A program made the position numbers and the translations under genes. Source: Epithemia pelagica (Eukaryota; Protista; Bacillariophyta). From it: a DNA stretch of 64,000 bases. The notes beneath the pieces are model-generated. The model saw only the letters and a program-made list of their open reading frames with translations. It did no database searches and was not told the DNA's origin. Where the stretch lies: contig OX337233.1 of NCBI GenBank assembly GCA_946965045.2, positions 1-64,000 of the forward strand. The letters are read 5' to 3'. Shown here one piece after another: positions 10,523 to 20,540 of the stretch (positions are counted from its first letter, which is position 1; each line of letters begins with the position of its first letter).

Positions 10523-13500
10523 GGCGGGTGTTTCTCCAGCACTCCAATGCCCTCTATCCTCCTTGGTTGGACACCATTCTTTGTTGGCTATGCCTCTGTG
10601 GTTGGTTTTGTTTGATCTCGACGGTTGATTGTTTTGTGTTGACTTTGGTTGGTTGTTTGTATCGGTTTACGTCGTCCAGTCGAGCTCACCTTCGTCACCT
10701 CAATCGATTGCTTCCCAAACCTCCGTTCCATTTTCCTCCTAGTGGTTTCGATAGTCGCCTTTGCTTATCCGATCACGTGATTTGTTTGACTCCACTTTCG
10801 GTCCTTTACCTTGCCTTTCATCTCCTCATGTTCACGTCGTCAACTTACCCTTTGGGAGTCATGAGTTTCACTCCTCCACGGGTCAGGGGCGAGCATGGTA
10901 CGAGAACACGAAGACGCACATGGTTCAAGTCAAGACCCGCCACGAATTGGAACCATTGGCCCACGATACGTGCTTTACGTTTGCACAATCACACGGTTGA
11001 TTGTTACGACAAGCTCAAGCTGTTACCTTTGTCAAGAGATCCCAAGATCTATACCCTTGGTCCAGATTTTAGCAACCTTTTATGTGCGAATTGTGAGACA
11101 CCCCGTTTCACATACCGTTATGCCATGCATCATATCGATCCGACCATGATCGTATCTCAAGTCGCTCACACTGACGACGCTCCAAGTGATCCAGTGGTAC
11201 CCATCATCCTTGACACTGGCGCCTCCAATGGCTTAACCATGCGTGAGGATGATTTTGTTGAGTTGGTATACGGTAATTACGGATCCATGTCCACTGCCGC
11301 AAGTGACAACCGCTTTCCTATCATCGGTACCGGTATTGTTGGATATGACGCCATTCACGAAGACGGCACTGTACGACGATGGGTCTATCCAGCCAACCTC
11401 TGTAAGGCAGCTGGTACAAGACTTTGCTCTCCACAGATTAACGCTGCTTACCTCCGTCAAGACCAACGTTTCCCAACTTTCGTCAGCAACCAATCATTCG
11501 CAAGCATTATGATTGACAAGGAATCCGAACGGCGCATTACTGTACCCATCGACTATTCCAGTAATCTTCCCATCGTTCGAGTGAAGCACATCAAGAATCA
11601 CACTCAAGCAACGGCCCAGCACCGACCGGTTGATTGTCGTTGCGGATTTAATCAGTGGTGTCGATGTCACTTGGAAACTGCATCTGTGACCAATAATCAG
11701 CTCACATTGCATCAGTTCTTGGCCGAACATGACGAAAATCCCTTGGACGAGATGAATCGGAACTTGAGCCGACCACAGAAACAATTGTTGTTGGATCATC
11801 AACGCTTAGGACATATTCACATGCGTCGTCTCCAGAGGCTCTATCGTGACAACTCGAACTCTGACCCAAGCGATGGCACATCATCATGTCTACCTTGCAC
11901 ATTCAAGAGCAGTGGTAGTTGTGATGCACCACAATGCCTGGCATGTTTGTACGCCAAAGCTCGACGTCGGCCAACCCAGTCCAAGGCTAATGTACCGCAC
12001 TCCCAAGCAGGCCATTTGACTCCAACAGACCGAAAACTCTCTCCCGGTGAATTGGTTTCAATGGATCACTTCGAGTCCACCGTTCGAGGCCGCCTTTGGC
12101 ACACACGAGGCCGTGAAAGACCAGAGCATCGCTTTGTGGGTGGTACCATTTTCTTTGACCATGGTTCAAAAGCCATTTTCTGCTATCCACAAGTCTCCCT
12201 TGGTAGCAGCGACACCATTAATTCCAAGAACCAATTCGAAGTCTCCCTCCATCAGGCTGGCCGACAGGTTACTCGATACCATTCTGATAACGGTGTCTTT
12301 ACCTCAGACGCTTTTCAGGAATCTCTCAAGACCAATCGGAACACTTTTCCTTCTCCCTTGAGCACACTCTCTGGTGTCGGAGCTCATCATGCCAATGCAG
12401 GAGCTGAACGGGCGATTCAAACAGTTACATACATGGCCCGAGCCATGATGATCCATTGTCACATTCGATGGCCGTCAGCATTTTCACCGTCTTTATGGCC
12501 CATGGCCCTTGAATACGCCACCTGGATCTACAATCACGTCCCTCAAGAAGACAACGACATGTGTCCAATGGAAGTGTTCTCTGGCACCAAGATCGATTGT
12601 ACTCTGTTGCGTCGAGTTCGTGTGTGGGGTTGTCCCAGTTACGTGTTGGATCCAAAACTGCAGGACGGTAAGAAACTTCCCAAGTGGGCACGCCGGTCTC
12701 GTCGTGGTCAGTTCTTGGGTTTCTCTCCCCAACATTCTAGTCTGGTGGGCATGATTCGGAATTTGGACACTGGCCACATTTCCCCCCAGTTTCATGTGGT
12801 GTACGACGAATTATTTATGTCTGTCAACAGCACGTGGTCATTCCCCCAAGACAACAGTTTACCCGACTTCTTCACCCGCGATCATTATCTCGACGACCAC
12901 GATCCGACACGTGATGGACCGTTACCCGACTTGGATTCAGTCTGGTCCCTTCCCAAGGTATCCTTCGACGACACTTCGTCCCTTCCAGTTCCGAATGTCC
13001 CCGAGGGCGAGCGAGCAGAGCAACCGTCACACGACCAGCCTACTACACCAAGCACACCATTAGATCTTGGTCGTAACCATCGCCGGACGACTCTTGAATC
13101 TCATCCTAACGTGACACCCATCCAATTGGACGATATCACTCCTCTGTCACCACTTGCCGAGACTGACGAGACTGACTCTTTCGATTCCACTTCCGACGAC
13201 ATGCCTACCACACCTCGATCCAAACCGGGCGAGTCGTCACCCAGCTCAAAATCGGGCGAGTTGTCACCTCGTTCAAAAACGGGCGAGTCGTCACCTCGTT
13301 CAAAAACGGGCGAGTCGTCACCAAGTCCAGCCCCTGATGCGACGCATGGACCCACTACAGGCGGACCTCACCGTCAACGTCGCGCTCCAGTACGATTTCC
13401 CGACAATGTGGATTCCCATCAAGACAGCTCTTGGGCACACACAAGTGTCACAGAGCAACGTTTCTCCATGACGGCTATCAACGACGATCCAACAGCTTTT

Positions 13501-15264
13501 GGACACTATGCCAACTCCATCAAGTGGGATTTTCCTAACGGACTAGACCCAGACAAGCTCACATCTACCTTCGATTCGCGGCTCTTGGCTCAAATCCAGT
13601 CGCCACTAGGCATCATCAACGATTGGCATCCACTCTACTTCAGTGCCAAAGCCATTAACGAAGACGCGCCATCCTACTTCGACATCCGTTTGTTGTCTCA
13701 GGAAGAACAGGACAAGTGGATTGCTGCTATGGACAAGGAGTTAAACGAGCTCGAGAACAAGAAAACATTCAAACTTGTCCCTCGTATCCAAGCGAAAGGA
13801 AAGGAGATCGTAGATGTTATGTGGACCTTTGTACGGAAACGGAAACCAGATGGGACCATCTCACGGTATAAAGCAAGGTTGGTCGTCCGTGGAGATCAGC
13901 AGAAGGCATCTTTTAGCCGAGACGATACCTTCGCACCAGTGATTGATTGGCCAACCGTCCGTCTTCTTCTCAACTTGTCCATCCAACACAATCTACACAC
14001 GGTCTCAATCGATTTCAAGAACGCCTTTGTCCAATCGGATCTACCCGAACCGATCTATGTCAATCTGCCACAAGGATATGGGGCAGGCCAGAGCGACAAA
14101 GTCCTAGAAGTGACCAAGAGTCTTTACGGCGATTGCCGGGCACCACGACTATGGTACGATTACCTACGCAACAAACTGGAACAAATTGGACTCAAGCCTG
14201 ACGGTTCCGACCCATGTCTCTTCATCGGAATGGGCTGTGTGATGATCACGTACGTTGACGACGCAGTGATTTGTGGACACGACGAAGCAAGCGTCAATCG
14301 AATCCTCGAGGGACTGACACAGACGAAGATGGACTACGAACATCTCGGAGATCTTCCAACGTACCTCGGAGTTGAAATCAAGCACCATGAGAATGGCACC
14401 GTCGAGCTACGACAACCGCACTTGACTCGTAGCATCATCAGCGCATTGGGACTCGAAAAATCCAATCCCAAGGCTACACCTGCCACGAAAACAATTGGAA
14501 AAGACCTGGACGGCACACCACTCAACGCCGACTACAATTACCGATCCGTGGTGGGCATGCTCCTCTACCTTGGGAATAACACGCGACCCGACTGCGCATT
14601 CGCCATCAACCAAACGGCACGATTCAGCAACAACCCCACAGCACTACATGGAGAGGCACTAAAACGAATCGGTCGCTACCTCATGGGAACCGCAGAGAGG
14701 GGCCTAATCCTAAAACCATCCAAGGATCTGAGTCTGCATTGTTATGTGGACGCCGATTTCGCTGGCCTGTGGAGTAACGAGAATCCCGATGATCCAACTT
14801 CCGTACGGTCGCGCACCGGGTTCATCATTACCATCGGTCAATCCCCCATCACATGGAGCAGTAAACTACAAACTGAGATTGCACTCTCAACCATGGAAGC
14901 CGAGTATATTGCTGCCTCAACCAGCATGCGTACACTCCTTCCACTACGCAATCAATTGACCAAGATTATTACTCATTTGCATCTGAATCCAGCGGGCCCA
15001 AGTTTCGTTTGCACCGTCTGGGAAGACAATCAAGCCGCCTTACAACTGGCGACGAAAGATCCACCGCGAATGACACCACGTAGCAAACACATTGGAATCA
15101 AATATCACTGGTTCCGCACACACATCAACTCACCCAACAGCACTGATCCAAACGGGATCTTCATGAAAGCGATCGCAACGACAGATCAACTTGGGGATGC
15201 CTTTACCAAACCATTGGACACAGGACCTTTCGAAACGGCTCGCAAAAAGATCATGGGTTGGTAG
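10510..15264 (+). CDS. pol: Copia-1 Pol (PR-IN-RT-RNase H), in the -1 frame relative to gag
   Basis: Motifs: PR IILDTGAS; IN HQRLGH/CLAC and SMDHF...SDNG...AERAI; RT YKARLVVRGD and TYVDD; RH YVDADFAG/EAEY/EDN. The frame is open from the slippery site at 10510. Confidence 0.95.
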   Translation, partial: GFSLGRVFLQHSNALYPPWLDTILCWLCLCGWFCLISTVDCFVLTLVGCLYRFTSSSRAHLRHLNRLLPKPPFHFPPSGFDSRLCLSDHVICLTPLSVLYLAFHLLMFTSSTYPLGVMSFTPPRVRGEHGTRTRRRTWFKSRPATNWNHWPTIRALRLHNHTVDCYDKLKLLPLSRDPKIYTLGPDFSNLLCANCETPRFTYRYAMHHIDPTMIVSQVAHTDDAPSDPVVPIILDTGASNGLTMREDDFVELVYGNYGSMSTAASDNRFPIIGTGIVGYDAIHEDGTVRRWVYPANLCKAAGTRLCSPQINAAYLRQDQRFPTFVSNQSFASIMIDKESERRITVPIDYSSNLPIVRVKHIKNHTQATAQHRPVDCRCGFNQWCRCHLETASVTNNQLTLHQFLAEHDENPLDEMNRNLSRPQKQLLLDHQRLGHIHMRRLQRLYRDNSNSDPSDGTSSCLPCTFKSSGSCDAPQCLACLYAKARRRPTQSKANVPHSQAGHLTPTDRKLSPGELVSMDHFESTVRGRLWHTRGRERPEHRFVGGTIFFDHGSKAIFCYPQVSLGSSDTINSKNQFEVSLHQAGRQVTRYHSDNGVFTSDAFQESLKTNRNTFPSPLSTLSGVGAHHANAGAERAIQTVTYMARAMMIHCHIRWPSAFSPSLWPMALEYATWIYNHVPQEDNDMCPMEVFSGTKIDCTLLRRVRVWGCPSYVLDPKLQDGKKLPKWARRSRRGQFLGFSPQHSSLVGMIRNLDTGHISPQFHVVYDELFMSVNSTWSFPQDNSLPDFFTRDHYLDDHDPTRDGPLPDLDSVWSLPKVSFDDTSSLPVPNVPEGERAEQPSHDQPTTPSTPLDLGRNHRRTTLESHPNVTPIQLDDITPLSPLAETDETDSFDSTSDDMPTTPRSKPGESSPSSKSGELSPRSKTGESSPRSKTGESSPSPAPDATHGPTTGGPHRQRRAPVRFPDNVDSHQDSSWAHTSVTEQRFSMTAINDDPTAFGHYANSIKWDFPNGLDPDKLTSTFDSRLLAQIQSPLGIINDWHPLYFSAKAINEDAPSYFDIRLLSQEEQDKWIAAMDKELNELENKKTFKLVPRIQAKGKEIVDVMWTFVRKRKPDGTISRYKARLVVRGDQQKASFSRDDTFAPVIDWPTVRLLLNLSIQHNLHTVSIDFKNAFVQSDLPEPIYVNLPQGYGAGQSDKVLEVTKSLYGDCRAPRLWYDYLRNKLEQIGLKPDGSDPCLFIGMGCVMITYVDDAVICGHDEASVNRILEGLTQTKMDYEHLGDLPTYLGVEIKHHENGTVELRQPHLTRSIISALGLEKSNPKATPATKTIGKDLDGTPLNADYNYRSVVGMLLYLGNNTRPDCAFAINQTARFSNNPTALHGEALKRIGRYLMGTAERGLILKPSKDLSLHCYVDADFAGLWSNENPDDPTSVRSRTGFIITIGQSPITWSSKLQTEIALSTMEAEYIAASTSMRTLLPLRNQLTKIITHLHLNPAGPSFVCTVWEDNQAALQLATKDPPRMTPRSKHIGIKYHWFRTHINSPNSTDPNGIFMKAIATTDQLGDAFTKPLDTGPFETARKKIMGW
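13213..13320 (+). repeat. Four 27-bp tandem units encoding (PR)SKTGESS in the IN-RT linker of Copia-1
   Basis: AAAACGGGCGAGTCGTCACCTCGTTCA-type units, visible as repeats in the translation. Confidence 0.9.
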
Positions 15265-15282
15265 CCCTCGGTCAAGGGCGAG

Positions 15283-15550
15283 TATCAGCGTTCATGCGCC
15301 TCTTCCATTCACTCCCACACATGCAACAAAATATCGACCTCGCACTACACCCAACTTAGCTCCTAGTCATAATTTGAGAAGTAACAAAACTTGCACTACA
15401 GTTTACATTCGTCCCTAGCAGAATCTTACGAACTGCAAACCGGAACTTTTCCGAATGACCATGGGAACCTCCCTCAACGGAACGGCCGCCTCATTCGGAC
15501 ATTCTACGAACAACTCGTCGGGTGGAACAGAAAACTCCTTCACAATGAGA
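15283..15550 (+). repeat. Copia-1 3' LTR
   Basis: Preceded by the purine-rich tract AAGGGCGAG (15274-15282) and followed by the TSD TACCA. Confidence 0.96.
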
Positions 15551-15805
15551 TACCATGAGGACCTGCTGAATCGATCACAAAGTCGCCCCATTGGAGGTAC
15601 ATCCAAATGTGGAGGCTCGACAAAAGTACCTAGCTTGACAGCGAATGGCATACAACTTGCATCCAAGATGATCCTCAACCAAGACAAAAGAGTGCAGGAG
15701 CATTCCACTCCCCAACCATGGTTTGCAACGAATGCTAAAAGTCGGACCACGGTGACGAGGAGCGCAGTACTATGGATTGAAGTATGGAACGCTATTCAAC
15801 TCCCT

Positions 15806-16783
15806 CCCGACGCGCCCGATTGGAGTAGTGAAGAGTGAAGAAATAATTCTGGGAAAGGGTCGCATCGCCCTTTCAAGTCTACATACGAAGATTCAAACTG
15901 GATGTTGGTGTGGAACGACAAGGCAGCAAAACCAACCAGAATCCAGCGAACAAGAAGAAGAACAACAACAAGTTCTAGTAGACTACAGCCAAGACATGAT
16001 CGGCGCGGGTCGTGGTTTTGTGGTGTTGTACGAGGCACAAAGCTTGCACTGGTCAATGTCCAACGCTGCTGTTCGACAGTGTTGTAATCGTGCAACAAGG
16101 TTTCGACGGAACTGGCATTGAGGGGCAAGACATAACTTTGCACACTACGATTGTTCTTGTTGATCCCCATGGACCGATACCCATGGACTGTCAACGAGCT
16201 ACTAATACGGAGAGACTGATTGCTGTATTGACGCAAGCAAATTGCCAACCTCATGATAAAGACTTCATAAAGACGAGTTGCTGTAGTGTAGGAAATATCG
16301 AACACTTTGGTGGCAAAAATTCCAAAGGATTTGCAAATGTCCTGTCACGCGAAACCACAAGCATCGAGCGACGGGGTACTGTCTCACGCAGGCATGGGCC
16401 ATAGAAGGACCGGACCCCACAATTCAACGCATGGTCGGAACGAAGACGACCGTCCAAACGAGTCACTGCGCCCAAGTGTTTCAGGCACGCAACCATTATC
16501 TTCCACAGCATGATTACTCGACCCATTCAACAGCAGAGAGGCATGGTACCATGGACATCTTTACCCAAAGCCTGGCTCCACTGCCGTTTGCGGTGTCATG
16601 CCGGATGGTGTAACTTTCGTTTTCTACTAGTACAACGGTGTACATGATATCTCTATAGGTCGCAATATCATCAAGAAAACACTACAACTACTGTTTGAGA
16701 GTAATATGATAATGCTATAATTCCACTATTGTTACGACATACATGCAATACGTTGCAAATTTCAAGTTCCATCCTTCCCTTCA
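15806..16783. repeat. Duplicated spacer block type A (copies ~15806-16783, ~30790-31920, ~57500-58629)
   Basis: All three share long near-identical stretches, e.g. GACAGTGTT(G/A)TAATCGTGCAACAAGGTTT and GGAAATATCGAACAC. Each copy sits downstream of a kelch gene. Confidence 0.88.
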
Positions 16784-17941
16784 TCACCACGGCGTGTCTC
16801 GGGCCTTGCTCGAAATATCAGCATGTTGGATATTCATTCCTTCCCCCAAAAGACACCATCCGTTGGGCTGCTGTTCACAGAGACGACGAAAACACCACGT
16901 ATTCTTGTCGATTATTCCAAATGTTGCACAGGAAGGATTGCCAAAGCCACTTATAACGGCAACTTGATTGGCAACAGTCACCATATTGCATCCAGCACGG
17001 TGATTTCCGAATGGTGGAAGATTCCACACGCGGTTGCGGTTCGTATCCAAGACTTCCACGGTTGAATTGCCCCATCCTCCTGCAACAACCAGACAAGATC
17101 CCACGGCAACCATTGCACAAGAACTTCGTGCATTGGAAAGCACTAAATCAGAATGAGTGGTCCAGGTGGACGATAAGGAAATGAATGTTGAACCAGTCTT
17201 CTTTTTTGTCTCATCATTGTCACAGGGTGTTGCATAGTCCACGTACTCAACTGAGTCAAAATGGCCATTATAGTTATGACCTCCAACGACAAAGATGCGG
17301 TGACCAATGACCGCACTGGCACAAAATTGTCGAGGGACATTCATGGATGGTCCTGCAGTGACAATGTGGTTGCTGGTATCCATAATGTCCACCGACGACA
17401 AGTGTTGCCCACCGTTGCGTCCTCCCATTAAAACAATGAATCGATTGAGAACTGCGACAGCACAGCATCCTCCTCGTTTCGTTGATAATCGACAGTTCAA
17501 TGTCGTCCATTGGGTGGTGGTGGTTGTTAAGGATGATTGTAATATGTCGTTTTCATCAATGCATTCTATGCAATCCAGACGTGAATTTCCATTGTATCCT
17601 CCAATCACGTAGATGCCTCCATTACACACAACAGCGGCATGTCCACGACGACTCTTGTTCGTGGGTGGCCCTTCTCGCCACTGCTTGTTTGGGTCTGCCA
17701 GATTCAATAGCAGAACGGAATTGACATCGCCTTGGCCTTGTTGATATCCTCCCAACACGACGACCGTTTGTTTCTTGTTGTTGTTGTCGTTCTCCGTATC
17801 GGGATGATCTAGTACGACCGAAGCATGACGCTCTCGCCATCCACCCGCAAGAGGAGGCCAGTCATTTTGATTCCATTCAGCTGTCTCGTTCGAAAGGACA
17901 AGGCCCGACTGCCATGCTTGTTCTTTCAATGTCACGGACAT
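16784..17941 (-). CDS. Kelch-repeat beta-propeller protein, copy 1
   Basis: Repeated V(V/L)GG...S(V/I)E/D...W kelch blades (IYVIGGYNG, IVLMGGRNG, IFVVGGHNY, LVVAGGWG). The paralog-aligned start MSVTLKEQAWQ is at ATG 17941. Confidence 0.9.
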   Translation of the reverse strand: MSVTLKEQAWQSGLVLSNETAEWNQNDWPPLAGGWRERHASVVLDHPDTENDNNNKKQTVVVLGGYQQGQGDVNSVLLLNLADPNKQWREGPPTNKSRRGHAAVVCNGGIYVIGGYNGNSRLDCIECIDENDILQSSLTTTTTQWTTLNCRLSTKRGGCCAVAVLNRFIVLMGGRNGGQHLSSVDIMDTSNHIVTAGPSMNVPRQFCASAVIGHRIFVVGGHNYNGHFDSVEYVDYATPCDNDETKKKTGSTFISLSSTWTTHSDLVLSNARSSCAMVAVGSCLVVAGGWGNSTVEVLDTNRNRVWNLPPFGNHRAGCNMVTVANQVAVISGFGNPSCATFGIIDKNTWCFRRLCEQQPNGWCLLGEGMNIQHADISSKARDTPW

Positions 17942-18726
17942 GGTTCTTAACGTTTTGACGGCAGAATTTATGTGGATCACAGAAGAGTGCTTTTGCGGCT
18001 GTTGTGAGTTGTTTTGGTAATATATGGAATATGGATCGATGGATGGAAGCGAGAGGACTCTTACAGTAGAATACACGTGGAAGCTTTGGAGTCCAGAGAG
18101 CGTCTGTCGTACGTACGATATCGCACATAGACTTCATGACAGGACCACAGCAAGCACAGCGTATCTTTCCCCAAAAGATGCGCGTCTGTTCCCAAAACCA
18201 AACGATGGACAACATCCACAAGAACAAGGCGTCAAAGCATCCTCATGTCTTTCGTTGACTAGCATAAGGAATTTGGGCAAAAGACATTGTTCCATCCGAA
18301 AGCCATGTTACATGTTACATCAAAACGACCGACAGCCTTATAGAGCCAAAGCAGATGAGGACCCCACTGTCACGACAACAAAGAGAAACCAGCCTTCGGA
18401 ATGAACAAGGCCAATTGTGGACGGGTGCATCTGCGGATGGGTCAGGAATGTACAGGATTGGAACAAGCCTCGAGTGTGGTCAACAGTCACTCAGCTGTGG
18501 TAGAACAACGAGTGGTACAACAACCACCACCAGTCAAGCTTTTCCCTGGCTTCATCAAGCAACCATGATGACTAGCATGATGACGACGACTGCAGCCCTG
18601 CCTCAAGACAATAGCAGCAGGACCTTGAAGACAAAACGACAAAGTCTCAACCACCCAAACCACAACAACTGGCAACCGGCAACATCCACACCACCACTCT
18701 GACACTCGCAAGTGGCACTGGTGCAG

Positions 18727-19373
18727 GTGTCCGATTCTTGGTTGGTGTTGAATTCCACTCGCTCAGGGACATAGTGGTTGTTGAGGCAGTCCCACACACA
18801 ACGTTTCCCAGATGTTTACTTACCCACAACCCTTTTTGCCATTAACGTCCGAACCATTGACCCCTGTTCCGACCACCACTTTCTCAAGGCAAGAGAACAA
18901 TCAACCGTAGCCAGAGCAAATGCTCACCGTCATTGAGGCTTGGTTAGATCAAGGTAGCTCCAATAGCGCGTCTCGGTCAGTCTCCACAGTCACGAGAGTG
19001 TCTCCCTGTTATGTGGACAAGGAGACTAGCCTATGCATTCCGAGGATGGAAACGGGTGGTGCGAGGGAGTATAAGTTGCCACGGAGAAATACTTCAGGGA
19101 CTGCCAAAGTACTCAACAATACGACAGTAGCACTCAACACAGAGCAAAACTCTGCAGAATCCATGACATTGTTTTGTCGTTTCGGAACAGTCTCGTTCTC
19201 CCGGACACGTCGTATGACATGATTGATGATTTCATTTGTACAATAAGGATTCACATGAGAACTCCGCAGGCAGCGGACACTACGAAAACTGTTTGAGATC
19301 AACATGTTTGAGATCAAAATGATTATTAGATAGCTTCACCATTCTAGGACATTAAAGCAACGTGATGCCCACT
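18727..19373. repeat. Duplicated spacer block type B (copies ~18727-19373 and ~54398-55131)
   Basis: Both share GTCCGATTCTTGGTTGGTGTTGAATTCCACTCGCTC...GGTTAGATCAAGGTAGCTCC.... The copies lie downstream of kelch copies 2 and 4. Confidence 0.88.
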
Positions 19374-20540
19374 TCAAGTTTCATCCGTCCCTTCATCACC
19401 ACGGCGTGTATCATGCCTTGTTAGTGAAATATGAACATGTCGGATATCTATTCTTTCCCGGAACTGGTACCATCCGTTGGGCTGCTGTTCACAGAGTTGT
19501 CGAAAACACCACAAATTCTTGTCCAGTAGTGGTAATGTCGCACAGGTAGAATTGAATCCACCACCAATCACGGCAACTTGATTGGCAACAGTCACCAAAG
19601 TGCAGTCAATGCGGTTATTTCCGAGTGGTGGGAGATTCCAAACGCGGTTGCGGTGCGTATCCAACACTTCCACGGTTTGACGGCTTCCTCCGGCCACAAT
19701 AAGACAAGATCCCACGGCAACCATTGCACACGAATAAGCTCGAGGGTTGGGAAGCACCAATTCAGGGTGAGTGGTCCAAGCGGACGAGAAGGAAATGACT
19801 GTAGCCAAAGTTTCGTCCATTGCATCATCCAAATACTCCACCGAATCAAGTACATTGTCATCGTTTCGGCCTCCAACAACAAAGATGCGGTGACCCACGA
19901 CCGCACTGGCACACCATGCTCGTGGAGCAGTCATAGATGGTCCGGAAATGAGAGTGTGGTTGGTGGTATCTAGAATATCCACCGACGCCAAGGTCTGTCT
20001 CCAGTAGCGTCCACCCATGACAACAATATATCGGTTGTGCACCGCAACAGTACAACATCCATATCGTCCCGTTGATAATCGACATGTCAATGTCGTCCAA
20101 TGACGTTCATGTGTGGTGCTGGTTGTCAAAGATGATTGCAGCAAATCATTGGCATCAATTTTTTCGATGCAATTCAAAATTCTTTCATTGTTGTATCCTC
20201 CCATCACGTAGACCCCTCCATTGCACGCAAGAGCAGCATGTCCATTACGTGCCTTGTTCATGGATGGCCCTTCTCGCCACTGCTTGACTGGATCTGCCAG
20301 ATTTAATAACAGAACGGAATCCATGGTACCTTGGTCTTGTTGATATCCGCCCAGCACGACTACAGTTTGTCCGTTGTTCTTGTTATTGTCGTCTTCATCG
20401 GGGTGATCAAGTACGACCGTAGCATGTTCGTCACGCCATCCACCCTCAAGAGGAGGCCAGTCCTCGAAATTCCATTCAGGTGTCTCGTCTAACAGGACAA
20501 GGCCCGACTGCCAGGCTTGTTCTTTCAGTGTCATGTTCAT
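19374..20540 (-). CDS. Kelch-repeat protein, copy 2
   Basis: 388-aa ORF with the same kelch blades and the N-terminus MTLKEQAWQSGLVL. Confidence 0.92.
   Translation of the reverse strand: MNMTLKEQAWQSGLVLLDETPEWNFEDWPPLEGGWRDEHATVVLDHPDEDDNNKNNGQTVVVLGGYQQDQGTMDSVLLLNLADPVKQWREGPSMNKARNGHAALACNGGVYVMGGYNNERILNCIEKIDANDLLQSSLTTSTTHERHWTTLTCRLSTGRYGCCTVAVHNRYIVVMGGRYWRQTLASVDILDTTNHTLISGPSMTAPRAWCASAVVGHRIFVVGGRNDDNVLDSVEYLDDAMDETLATVISFSSAWTTHPELVLPNPRAYSCAMVAVGSCLIVAGGSRQTVEVLDTHRNRVWNLPPLGNNRIDCTLVTVANQVAVIGGGFNSTCATLPLLDKNLWCFRQLCEQQPNGWYQFRERIDIRHVHISLTRHDTRRGDEGTDET

Larger units (their letters stand above)
8497..15550 (+). mobile_element. Copia-1: full-length Ty1/Copia LTR retrotransposon (diatom CoDi-like), very recent
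   Basis: 268-bp LTRs, identical by eye, at 8497-8764 and 15283-15550. The 5-bp TSD TACCA lies at 8492-8496 and 15551-15555. Domain order is gag-PR-IN-RT-RH. Confidence 0.97.

Noticed and set aside
15455-15838. 127-aa ORF sharing its N-terminus with Copia-1 gag
   Set aside because: It starts at the ATG inside the 3' LTR copy and reads into flanking DNA, so it is not an independent gene.
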